32,000 nt of DNA from Candidatus Babelota bacterium (GTDB lineage: Bacteria; Babelota; Babeliae; Babelales; Vermiphilaceae), in contig JBDHVY010000001.1 of the NCBI GenBank assembly GCA_039809905.1, positions 750,001 to 782,000 on the forward strand, read 5' to 3'. The notes below the pieces were generated by a model that did no database searches, had not been told where the DNA came from, and saw only the letters and a program-made list of their open reading frames with translations. Made by a program: the position numbers and the translations under genes. Positions 7,731-16,436 of this stretch are shown here, in pieces; the first letter of the stretch is position 1; every line of letters starts with the position of its first letter.

Positions 7731-10433
7731 ATGTTCAAAAAAATAACCTTATCAATCATCATTGGTATTCTGGCAACGTTCTATTACGCCCAATATGATG
7801 CATGGACACATAAAAAAATTATTCAGTACATGCAAAAAGTTGCTCAAGAATCGCTTGGTGGTACTGTATCATGTACTATTCAATCGATGAGTTTTTTTTC
7901 TCCTTCTTTTGCAATGCATGATGTTGAGGTAAAATCTCTTAATCGAGATCAATGGATGTGGCGATGTAAAAGATGTGAAATTCACTGTTCTTGGTTGCAA
8001 TTATTGTTTAAAGGTGTGCTTGATCAGCACATGATTATTGAAGGATTTGAAAGTAGCTCTCATTTTGCTGATTCTCATTTTTCTATTGAGCCACATATCA
8101 TGGCAATGATGGATCAATCATTTATGCCATTTACTACAGAATTAAAATCGATTGTTTTTAAAAATGGTTTTTTATATATACGCAATAAAGAAATAGACGC
8201 AGATATATCCCTTTATTTTAATAGCTCTTCATTAAGAATTGGCAAGCAGATTAAAACAACGGTATCTATTGGCGATGGAAACATTACTCATAATAAACGC
8301 ATGTATGTTGAAAAATTGGCAGCGGACGTATCATTTATTACTGAATATGTTGGAGATTTATTTAATTGTACTATGCAATTAGCCGGAACATGTGTGTTAC
8401 CGCATATGGGAAATGAGGGAAGTTGTTATGTTTCCGGAGTTTGGAATAATGATCGAGGAAGATTTTCCCTGCGTAATGCCTATAATTCTTTGATCATAGA
8501 TCCTATTGTTATTACTAATCGTGAATTGCGTATAAATGGACATTTTCCTTTATCATATGCAATGCAATGTTTTGCAGATTCTTGGGTTGATCAGATGATT
8601 GGCGGTATAGCACATTTTTCAACAACAATAAAACGAGATGAATCACTTAAAGCTGATGGGCATATAATTGTTGAAGATGTAAGCGTTAACCAGTATGTTG
8701 TGTGCGATGTTGGAAAAATCATTTTTGAATGTCGTGATGACAATTGGAAAATGCATGTGGGAATTAGTCATCATAATCAAGAGTGCAAAGGAACTGGTTA
8801 TTGGCATCCATCAACACAACAAGGGGGATTATCTCTTAAAAATAGTACTGATTTATCTACCAAAGCTTTCAATTATTGGCGTATTAAGCCTAATAATTTT
8901 TTTACACATCTCACACTCAATCAGGGAACAATAAAAGGAAATTATGAAGCAATTGCAACTAACTCTTTGAGTCAAACGCATCATTGCGTGAAAGGTCTTT
9001 TGTCCTATCAACAAGGAATATGCATAACTCATGGTTCAATTGATACTGATGAATTTAGGATAGAAGGCGCATTTTTGCCTGAGTGTGCTATTCATCATTG
9101 TTCATATAAAGATAAAGACAAGAGAGAATTGATTGCATTGAAGGCAAGTGAAGATAAAAAGTTAGTTGGATCGATAGCATTCCCTTTTATTCGTTCAATG
9201 ATTAATAATGTTGCTCATTATGATGTACAGGGAGAAGGAAGTTTGGAAGTTATTGCATCGGTATCTTTACCGCACGTAATCATGGATTTTTCTTTAAAAG
9301 ATGCTACTATTCGATTGCCGCAAACGTATAATTTTATTGATGGCTTCACTGTTCATTGTGTTGGTGATATTGGACAAAAATCAGTCATTTTTCATGATAT
9401 TAATCTCTCTTTGCATACGGGAAATATGAATTGTTTGCGAGCAACAAGCTATTTTGATGATAAAGGTTCGTTATTATTTATGCACGCGCCATTTATACTT
9501 GATCGATGTCTTTTAAATATAAAAAAAGATCTTTTTGCCATTGTTTCGGGAAATCTTTTACTTGCAAAAAATAGTCAGTTACCTGCTCAAGTGAGTGGAA
9601 CGATTATTATCGATAAGGCTCAGTTAAAAGAAAATTTATTTTCTGAGGTTATTCAAAAACAGTTACTATCATATACACATTCAGTATTTTCTTTGCCTGA
9701 TACTCCGCTTTATTGTGATCTTACTCTTGAAACAAAGTCCCCTATTGTTGTTGATACGGGATTTTTTAAAACAAAAGCTTATCTCAATGTGCGAGTAAAA
9801 AAAGAACGGCATGAGCCTTCAATTAGCGGATCAGTTGTATTGCATTCAGGAATGCTCAATTTTCCGTATAAACCATTATATATTTCCAAAGGTATCATTA
9901 CCTTTATGCCTGAACAATTGTTTGATCCTACCATTGAATTTGTTGCACGTAATAAAATAAAAAAATATGATGTATCTCTTCAAATTGAAGGATCTTTGCT
10001 CACGCATCACATTGCTCTTGATGCAACACCGCCACTGGCCGAAGAACAAATAGTGGGACTTTTATTGGTGGGTTCAGAAGAAAATTCTTTAAACAGTATG
10101 ATGCCAGCATTAATTGTTCAAAATCTCAAAAATCTTATTTTTAGTAATAATCAGGTATCTTTCTTTGATAAATATTTTAAACCATTGCTTGGAACATTGA
10201 ATATCAATTTGGTACCAAGCTTTACTGATCAAACAGGAAGAGGAGGTTTGCGTGGCGCATTGGAAATTACCGTTGATGATCGATGGCGCGCGGTAATTCA
10301 GAAAAACTTTAGCTTAACCGAAGATACCAAGTTTGAATTAGAATATCTTTTTTCTGATGATATTACATTTCGCGCTATTCGCGATGAACGCCGGGATCTT
10401 GGGGGAGAAGTTGAGATGCGCTGGAAGTTTTAG
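7731..10433 (+). CDS. tamB: TamB/AsmA-like translocation and assembly module protein
   Basis: 900 aa. Single N-terminal TM anchor, long beta-rich body, DUF490-like C-terminus (...TFRAIRDERRDLGGEVEMRWKF) typical of TamB. Confidence 0.7.
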   Translation: MFKKITLSIIIGILATFYYAQYDAWTHKKIIQYMQKVAQESLGGTVSCTIQSMSFFSPSFAMHDVEVKSLNRDQWMWRCKRCEIHCSWLQLLFKGVLDQHMIIEGFESSSHFADSHFSIEPHIMAMMDQSFMPFTTELKSIVFKNGFLYIRNKEIDADISLYFNSSSLRIGKQIKTTVSIGDGNITHNKRMYVEKLAADVSFITEYVGDLFNCTMQLAGTCVLPHMGNEGSCYVSGVWNNDRGRFSLRNAYNSLIIDPIVITNRELRINGHFPLSYAMQCFADSWVDQMIGGIAHFSTTIKRDESLKADGHIIVEDVSVNQYVVCDVGKIIFECRDDNWKMHVGISHHNQECKGTGYWHPSTQQGGLSLKNSTDLSTKAFNYWRIKPNNFFTHLTLNQGTIKGNYEAIATNSLSQTHHCVKGLLSYQQGICITHGSIDTDEFRIEGAFLPECAIHHCSYKDKDKRELIALKASEDKKLVGSIAFPFIRSMINNVAHYDVQGEGSLEVIASVSLPHVIMDFSLKDATIRLPQTYNFIDGFTVHCVGDIGQKSVIFHDINLSLHTGNMNCLRATSYFDDKGSLLFMHAPFILDRCLLNIKKDLFAIVSGNLLLAKNSQLPAQVSGTIIIDKAQLKENLFSEVIQKQLLSYTHSVFSLPDTPLYCDLTLETKSPIVVDTGFFKTKAYLNVRVKKERHEPSISGSVVLHSGMLNFPYKPLYISKGIITFMPEQLFDPTIEFVARNKIKKYDVSLQIEGSLLTHHIALDATPPLAEEQIVGLLLVGSEENSLNSMMPALIVQNLKNLIFSNNQVSFFDKYFKPLLGTLNINLVPSFTDQTGRGGLRGALEITVDDRWRAVIQKNFSLTEDTKFELEYLFSDDITFRAIRDERRDLGGEVEMRWKF

Positions 10434-10945
10434 AAAAAATATGCACCAATACTGACGCTGAATGCAATCAGTGTAAGTGTTTGGCAAAAAGAAAAAGAGT
10501 ATTTATTTTTTTCTTGTAAAAGTTCAACTTCCATAATTATTGCTTCTTGTTCTAGCCGGATTTTTCTGCTGTCTTCTAATATAACAGCAGATTGACGTAA
10601 ATTTTCCTTGCATTTTTTTGCTTGTATTTTCAATGTTTCTGGTAGTAGGGTATCAATTTCTTTTTTATAGAAACGATTAGCATTAATTATATTTTCTAGT
10701 TGGTTTGTTTTTTGATCTAAATATAATCTTAGAATGCTTGTTTCAGGACATGCATCACCTATCATTGGTAAAATCTGTACCAGGTCTTTTAAGATTTTTT
10801 TTTGATGGTCAAATATTGAAACAAGATCTTTTGGATTTTCAACGGAAAGAGGATTTATTTTGGTAGGAACAAGAGCTGTTTCCATAGAAAACAGTGAAGA
10901 TTCTAAACAGAGAACAAAGAAAAAAAATTTTATTAATAAATTCAT
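10430..10945 (-). CDS. Hypothetical secreted coiled-coil protein with C-terminal TM anchor
   Basis: 171 aa. Signal-like leader MNLLIKFFFFVLCLESSLFS and C-terminal hydrophobic segment LTLIAFSVSIGAYFF. Convergent 4-nt overlap with tamB. Confidence 0.5.
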   Translation of the reverse strand: MNLLIKFFFFVLCLESSLFSMETALVPTKINPLSVENPKDLVSIFDHQKKILKDLVQILPMIGDACPETSILRLYLDQKTNQLENIINANRFYKKEIDTLLPETLKIQAKKCKENLRQSAVILEDSRKIRLEQEAIIMEVELLQEKNKYSFSFCQTLTLIAFSVSIGAYFF

Positions 10946-11047
10946 ATATTTTCCATATGCATGAATGTCGTAAATAACTTTTGTTAGTTTATAGTATATA
11001 TGTATACTTGCAATGAGTTCTTATCTTAATAGCAAACAGGGGTTTTT

Positions 11048-11707
11048 ATGAAAAAATTGCTTTTATTGTTATTTTTTGCTTTTGATACAGCAGCTATGAC
11101 GACAACATTGAATAGAGCGAGCTCTTTTGGTAGAACCCATTTTATTCGTGGCTATCATCACTCGCCTATAGTCCAAACACAAAATATTCCGCCTCGAAAA
11201 CGGCTTTCACAGTCATTTTTTGGACCACAAGACAATCTTCTTTCAAAAGTTTTAAAAATAATTGAGGAAGCACAAGGAACTATTGAAGTTGCAGCTTTTG
11301 CGTTGACTGATAATCGCATTGCAAATCATTTAATAGATGCGCATAAACGAGGAGTTAAGGTGTGCATCATTATGGATAGTAGCAACATGAAAAACAATCA
11401 TAGTAAATCACAAAAATTGATTAATCATGGCATTACCGTGCTTCGCTATGAACCTTCACTGAGACCGAATTATAAAAAAAATAATTATGAACCATTGATG
11501 CATCTCAAATGGATTATAACCGATGATAGACTTATAACAGGATCAGCAAATCTTACCCGTTCAGCACAAAGTGGAGATAATGTAGATAGTATTACTATTT
11601 TCGAATGTCCAGAAGAGATAAAAGACCATCGACAAGCATTTCAAAATCTTAAACAATTTTGTGTTGAATGCAAACCAGCATCACCAGTTTCAAAAACTAA
11701 GCAATAA
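11048..11707 (+). CDS. Phospholipase D / Nuc-family (single HKD) protein, secreted
   Basis: Signal peptide. HKD motif HLKWIITDDRLITGSANLT. Its size is typical of Nuc-like PLD nucleases. Confidence 0.8.
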   Translation: MKKLLLLLFFAFDTAAMTTTLNRASSFGRTHFIRGYHHSPIVQTQNIPPRKRLSQSFFGPQDNLLSKVLKIIEEAQGTIEVAAFALTDNRIANHLIDAHKRGVKVCIIMDSSNMKNNHSKSQKLINHGITVLRYEPSLRPNYKKNNYEPLMHLKWIITDDRLITGSANLTRSAQSGDNVDSITIFECPEEIKDHRQAFQNLKQFCVECKPASPVSKTKQ

Positions 11708-11871
11708 TAATAAAAATAGTCCAACAGCGCTTCTTTTGTTGGAAATTTTAGATAGAAATGTGATGTGCTGTGAGGTTAAAAAGCTTCATTACTACAATTC
11801 CTTCTTAGCTCGCTTCAATGCTACTGCGGATTAAAAAAAAATGCAAGAGCAAAAAAGAATGAAAATGTGCT

Positions 11872-12864
11872 TTATTTTTTTGTGCTGAAATTATTACGTA
11901 ATTGATTGATAAGTTGTTGAAAATCATCAGGTAATTCATCAACGAATGTATATTCTTTTTGATCAAAAATAAAAGATAAGCTTTGTGCATGAAGAGCTTG
12001 ACGATCAATAAGTGGAGATTTTTTTCCATACAATTGATCTCCAATAATTGGATGACCAATTGCAGTCATATGAACACGAATTTGATGCGTGCGACCTGTT
12101 GTTGGTTTTACTTCTATTAATGTTGCATCATCAAAATATTCAAGAACTTTATAATCTGTTTTTGCATGACGCACTTTGGTGTTGCCAATTTTCCCTGTAG
12201 AATCAATGAGTTCAGGATCAAAATGTGCCATTTTAAGGCGATTGATAGGATTACGGCCAATAGCAAGCGTAATGGTACCTTCTTTTGGGGGATGCCCAGC
12301 AACAATAGCTTTATAGGTTTTGCTGATATTTCTTTCTCTAAAAAGCGATCCTATTATATTATGGGCGTAATTTGTCTTGGTAATCAGTAAAATGCCGGAT
12401 GTTTCTCTATCTAGTCTATGAATGATGCCGGGTCTATCGGCAGTTCCTACTGATGTAATATCTCCATAATTATGACGAATCCAATCAACTACCGTAATAG
12501 CGTTACTTGCATTTGATGGGGCATGTACGAGTAAGGTAGCTGGTTTATGGATAGCAATAAAATGATCAGTTTCAGCGATAATGCGTATTCCCATCGTTCT
12601 ATCGATGATATCATGAGATTCTACAATGCGCTGGGAAGGAAAAATGATGGTGACGGTGTTTGTTGCATAAACAAGATTGCTTGCTTTTTTAGTTGGAATA
12701 TTGTTTATTGATATGCCACCGGCAGCAATGATTTTTTGAAAATAGCTACGTGAATAATCAGGAAAAAAATCAGCAATATAGCGATCAATACGGCACGGAG
12801 CACTATTTTCTGGCATAGTAAATGAAAAGGTAGTAGTTGGTGCAATATGGCCTTGCTTGATCAT
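11872..12864 (-). CDS. rluD: 23S rRNA pseudouridine synthase, RluA/RluD family
   Basis: N-terminal S4-like domain (RIDRYIADFF...), catalytic motif HRLDRETSGILLITKT, and C-terminal conserved HQIRVH. Confidence 0.85.
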   Translation of the reverse strand: MIKQGHIAPTTTFSFTMPENSAPCRIDRYIADFFPDYSRSYFQKIIAAGGISINNIPTKKASNLVYATNTVTIIFPSQRIVESHDIIDRTMGIRIIAETDHFIAIHKPATLLVHAPSNASNAITVVDWIRHNYGDITSVGTADRPGIIHRLDRETSGILLITKTNYAHNIIGSLFRERNISKTYKAIVAGHPPKEGTITLAIGRNPINRLKMAHFDPELIDSTGKIGNTKVRHAKTDYKVLEYFDDATLIEVKPTTGRTHQIRVHMTAIGHPIIGDQLYGKKSPLIDRQALHAQSLSFIFDQKEYTFVDELPDDFQQLINQLRNNFSTKK

Positions 12865-13103
12865 ACAGAATCTCTTTTTTTGCTATTGATAAAAAATAGT
12901 GAATTAAGTCTTTATTTTAAGTGTCATTCATAATAGTCTTAAAGTCAAATGGCAATTTTAGTTGCATCTCTTTACAACAGCGTCTAAACTGAAAGAGTTG
13001 ATAGTCAATTTATAACTTTTTATTCCCATTGACCGTTGTTTTTACCAGGCATGCCATGTAAATCAAAGCGGAATAATGGGTAAAAACATGGGGAGAAAAG
13101 CTC

Positions 13104-14459
13104 ATGGATGTAAAAGATTTGCTTTCTGAAATCCAAAATAACATTGATGAAGTAATTTCGCAAAAAGATCCGGTAGGGATTAGCTTATGGCATGAATTGC
13201 TTAAGATTCATCCGGTTGATATTGCACAATTGTTTAAAACATTAAAAAAAGAGCATGTTATACTTTTGTATAATGCTTTACCTAAACATGTTCAATTGGA
13301 TCTTTTCCATGAATTATCAGATAAATTAAAGGTCGTTGTTCTTTCTTCTTTAGATGATCATGATCAAGCTGAAGCTTTTCAATCTCTTTCCACTGATGAA
13401 TTGACTGATTTATTTGATATTTTTTCTGATGAAGAACTTAAAAGGTACTTGGAATCATTGAACAAGCGTGTGCGTGAAAAAGTTATTAAAATGCTTACGT
13501 TTGAACCGGAATCAGCAGCAGGTATCATGCACACTGATGTGCTTACCCTGATGGAGGATTTTACGGTTGAAAAGAGTATTCAATTGATGCAGCGATTACG
13601 ACCGAGTAAAGATGTGCATCAATTAATTTTTGTGGTGAATAAAGATCATCATCTTGTTGGTTTTGTCTATTTAGAAGATCTTCTTTTTAATAAACCAAGT
13701 ACACGCATTTCTTCTTTTATGCATAAAAATGAATTAATCGCCAAAGCCCATGAAGACCGTGAGACTATAGCAAAAGAGATGGTGCACTATGGAGTGACAA
13801 CTGTTCCTGTTATCGGCAACAACAATATTTTTCTTGGTGTTATTTCAGGAGATACGTTGGTGGACGTTTTGGTTGAAGAAGCATCAGAAGACGTTCAAAA
13901 AATGGCAGCAATGTCTCCGCTGACACGTCCTTATTTTGAAACTCCTTTTTTCCAATCTGTGTATGAGCGTAGTTATATTTTAGTGATATTATTATTAGCT
14001 GGATCGGTTTCAACCACTATCATGCGTATGTATGAAGCAACGCTGACCGAAATGCTTTTGTTTTTTGTTCCAATGCTTACCAGTGTTGGAGGTAATACGA
14101 GTAATCAAACATCAGCTGTTGCAATTTGCGGTATGGCTTCTGGTGAATTTGATCATACAACAGTAAAAATGTTTTTACGGCGTGAATTGATGATGGCAAC
14201 ATGTTTATCTTTTATTCTTGGATTAACTGCATTTATACGTGTGTATTTAACCAGTGGCGTATTATGGGAAAGTCTTGTAGTAAGTTTTACGCTCGCAATA
14301 ATTGTATTAGTGTCCGTTACTCTTGGTAGTGCAATGCCATTCATTTTAAAGCGTTTCAAGATAGATCCGGCATTTTCAGCGGGCCCATTCCTAGCGACAA
14401 TTATGGATATTGTGGGAATATTAATTTACTGTACTAGTATTAAGATTCTTCTTTTTTAA
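13104..14459 (+). CDS. mgtE: Magnesium transporter MgtE
   Basis: N-terminal MgtE_N domain, tandem CBS region, and 5-TM C-terminal domain with the conserved PFLATIMDIVG motif. Confidence 0.9.
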   Translation: MDVKDLLSEIQNNIDEVISQKDPVGISLWHELLKIHPVDIAQLFKTLKKEHVILLYNALPKHVQLDLFHELSDKLKVVVLSSLDDHDQAEAFQSLSTDELTDLFDIFSDEELKRYLESLNKRVREKVIKMLTFEPESAAGIMHTDVLTLMEDFTVEKSIQLMQRLRPSKDVHQLIFVVNKDHHLVGFVYLEDLLFNKPSTRISSFMHKNELIAKAHEDRETIAKEMVHYGVTTVPVIGNNNIFLGVISGDTLVDVLVEEASEDVQKMAAMSPLTRPYFETPFFQSVYERSYILVILLLAGSVSTTIMRMYEATLTEMLLFFVPMLTSVGGNTSNQTSAVAICGMASGEFDHTTVKMFLRRELMMATCLSFILGLTAFIRVYLTSGVLWESLVVSFTLAIIVLVSVTLGSAMPFILKRFKIDPAFSAGPFLATIMDIVGILIYCTSIKILLF

Positions 14460-14489
14460 ATATTTATGTAACGAAAATATTAATTTTCC

Positions 14490-14516
14490 TTGACAAATTA
14501 ACGTTATAACTATAAC
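14490..14516 (+). promoter_or_regulatory. Possible promoter for the tRNA-Lys/tRNA-Glu pair
   Basis: TTGACA (14490-95) and TATAAC (14511-16), but the spacer is only 15 nt. About 85 nt upstream of tRNA-Lys. Confidence 0.3.
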
Positions 14517-14599
14517 TTTTAATACTGAATTATGTCCTTGTGATTGTTTTTTTGCATCGACATATTCAGCAAAAATTGAAATACAGATAAAAAATTAGT

Positions 14600-14675
14600 G
14601 GGGCGCTAGCTCAGTCGGTAGAGCAACAGCCTTTTAAGCTGTGGGTCGTTGGTTCGAGTCCAACGCGCCTCACCA
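14600..14675 (+). tRNA. tRNA-Lys (anticodon UUU)
   Basis: Cloverleaf read by eye. Acceptor GGGGCGC/GCGCCTC, D arm GCTCAGTCGGTAGAGC, anticodon loop CTTTTAA, T arm GTTGGTTCGAGTCCAAC, encoded CCA. Confidence 0.9.
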
Positions 14676-14759
14676 GCCTACGCATAAAGCTACGGCTGGC
14701 ACGCCATACTTATCGCGTTAGCGATGGTTACTGTGTCTTTTACAATTCTTGAAATTTAT

Positions 14760-14837
14760 GTCCTCATCGTCTAGCCTGGTCTAGGACATCGCCCTTTCAC
14801 GGCGAAAACAGGGGTTCAAATCCCCTTGGGGATGCCA
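14760..14837 (+). tRNA. tRNA-Glu (anticodon UUC)
   Basis: Closely resembles the canonical bacterial tRNA-Glu. GTCCTCA acceptor, anticodon arm CGCCCTTTCACGGCG, T arm AGGGGTTCAAATCCCCT, encoded GCCA end. Confidence 0.9.
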
Positions 14838-16286
14838 TTGTATACAATCACCTGAATTGGCGATTAAATCAAATGGCGAAAGCAGCTCCCAATGCAGCTT
14901 TTCTCCAATTATGCGTAAGTTCGATAGTACGGTTTTAATAAGAAGCCTTTTTTGCCCAACTTCTGAACTCATAAAAATATCATATGCTCTATCAGCCAGC
15001 TTCAGCAGCATCTCTGCGGTAATATAATAATTAGTTTCTGCTTCTTGTAATTGTTCCAAACGAATAGCGGTATCAGTTGCTTTATCTTTTAGATTAGTGA
15101 AAAACTTGTCATATTGAGCGTCAGTAATACTCCCTTTCAATTTATCCATGTAAAGATTATCCATCATCACTGTAGTGGTGTTTTGTTCTTTTAGGAGTTT
15201 TTCATTTTCTTGTTTATGAAATTCAACTTTATTTTTATGTGTTTCGGCCAAAACATCGATGATATCTTGTAAGATATTTTTTGGCATCTGCAAGCTCAAA
15301 AAAAGATTGCCTAATTCTTCAGTTATTTTTTCTTCACGGAACCACGTTGCCCCATGTTTTCCTTTTGCTTGGGTACAATGATAATAGACGTGTCCTTTTT
15401 GTCGTTCATGTGTTATTGCAAGTCCACAATCACCGCATCGCAATAAACCGCGATATAAGACATCTTCTTTACCTTTATAGCGTTGAACATTCTTGCCATG
15501 TTTCTTTCTGATTTCTTGTACTTCCTGGAATAGTGCTTGGGAAATGATGGGTGGATAATTATGAGGATAGGTTTTGCCATTGATGCTCATGATGCCGTGA
15601 TAAAAAGTGTAATTTAATATTTTATCTACATTGCTGTTTGCCCATTCAACGCCATAGTCATTTTTAATTTTCTTGCATAAGGTGCTGAAAGAAAAAGCAC
15701 CGGTTGCATATAATTCAAATGCTTTGCGCACCACTTCTGCTGCAAATTCATCTACAATGATGGTAGTCTTATCACCACCTAAGGAAATATTTTTATAACC
15801 ATAAGGTGCTTTTGCAGGCCATTCACCTTTGCGTAATTTTTGTTCAATTGCACGTTTAACGTTATCGCTGATGGCATCGGAATAATATTTTGCTAATCCA
15901 AGGCTGATGCCGAATTGAAATTTCTCCACTGCGGAAATGTTGCTATTGATAATCTGCCCATCGGAAATGAAATGCAACTCAAGCTGATCGCTCAGAGCTT
16001 TTTCATACAGGATTGATATACGCTTATCGAATGTATTTCGCGATAATCTATCTACTTTATCACAGCAAATGACGACCTTTTCTTTCTGATTGAGGGCGTA
16101 ATCAATAATCGCATCAAATTCAGAGCGGTTATTGGTATAAGCACTTTCATCAAAACTGCAGGTACGCAATACGGTAAATCCTTTATTGCGGCAGTATTGT
16201 TCGAGGCGACTGATTTGTGCTGGCAATGAATTGCCGGCTTCTTGTTGCTCTTGGGTGCTGACACGGGCGATAAGAATCGCTTTCAT
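14781..16286 (-). CDS. Large serine recombinase (integrase)
   Basis: N-terminal resolvase catalytic domain (MKAILIARVSTQEQ with Ser nucleophile; VDRLSRN). Recombinase domain. Zn-ribbon CGDCG...YYHC. C-terminal coiled-coil. The last 18 codons plus stop (14781-14837) are the antisense of tRNA-Glu. Confidence 0.85.
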   Translation of the reverse strand: MKAILIARVSTQEQQEAGNSLPAQISRLEQYCRNKGFTVLRTCSFDESAYTNNRSEFDAIIDYALNQKEKVVICCDKVDRLSRNTFDKRISILYEKALSDQLELHFISDGQIINSNISAVEKFQFGISLGLAKYYSDAISDNVKRAIEQKLRKGEWPAKAPYGYKNISLGGDKTTIIVDEFAAEVVRKAFELYATGAFSFSTLCKKIKNDYGVEWANSNVDKILNYTFYHGIMSINGKTYPHNYPPIISQALFQEVQEIRKKHGKNVQRYKGKEDVLYRGLLRCGDCGLAITHERQKGHVYYHCTQAKGKHGATWFREEKITEELGNLFLSLQMPKNILQDIIDVLAETHKNKVEFHKQENEKLLKEQNTTTVMMDNLYMDKLKGSITDAQYDKFFTNLKDKATDTAIRLEQLQEAETNYYITAEMLLKLADRAYDIFMSSEVGQKRLLIKTVLSNLRIIGEKLHWELLSPFDLIANSGDCIQWHPQGDLNPCFRRERAMS

Positions 16287-16345
16287 CCATGAATCCTTCT
16301 GTTTTATGGGTGTTTTTTGTTGAGGATAGTGTAACAGAAGTAAGA

Positions 16346-16379
16346 GGGATTGCTATTGTCTGAAGCAATATGCAATCCC
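16346..16379. promoter_or_regulatory. 34-bp near-perfect palindrome upstream of the recombinase gene
   Basis: GGGATTGC-t-ATTG-tctgaag-CAAT-at-GCAATCCC. Lies between the Ank-RBR stop (16437) and the recombinase start (16286), with no U-tract on either strand. Confidence 0.5.
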
Positions 16380-16436
16380 ATTATATATTTGATAGCTTTA
16401 TAAATGTTTTATCTGATGTGTTACGAATGCTGTGTC

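Noticed and set aside
11805-12390. Short ORFs overlapping rluD (11805-12059-, 12117-12305-, 12166-12390+)
   Set aside because: They are nested in or antisense to a well-supported rluD frame, and none has a recognisable product.
12865-13103. Possible Mg2+ (M-box) riboswitch upstream of mgtE
   Set aside because: The 239-nt leader is AT-rich with only short, weak stems (e.g. CCCATT...AATGGG). I could not recognise M-box conserved cores. A CM scan is needed for a definitive answer.
14676-14759. GC-rich hairpins between tRNA-Lys and tRNA-Glu as a separate ncRNA
   Set aside because: They are more simply a tRNA trailer or processing spacer (CCAGCC...GGCTGG uses the tRNA CCA end; ATCGC-gtta-GCGAT). 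I use them only as a comparator for the element at 22.19 kb.
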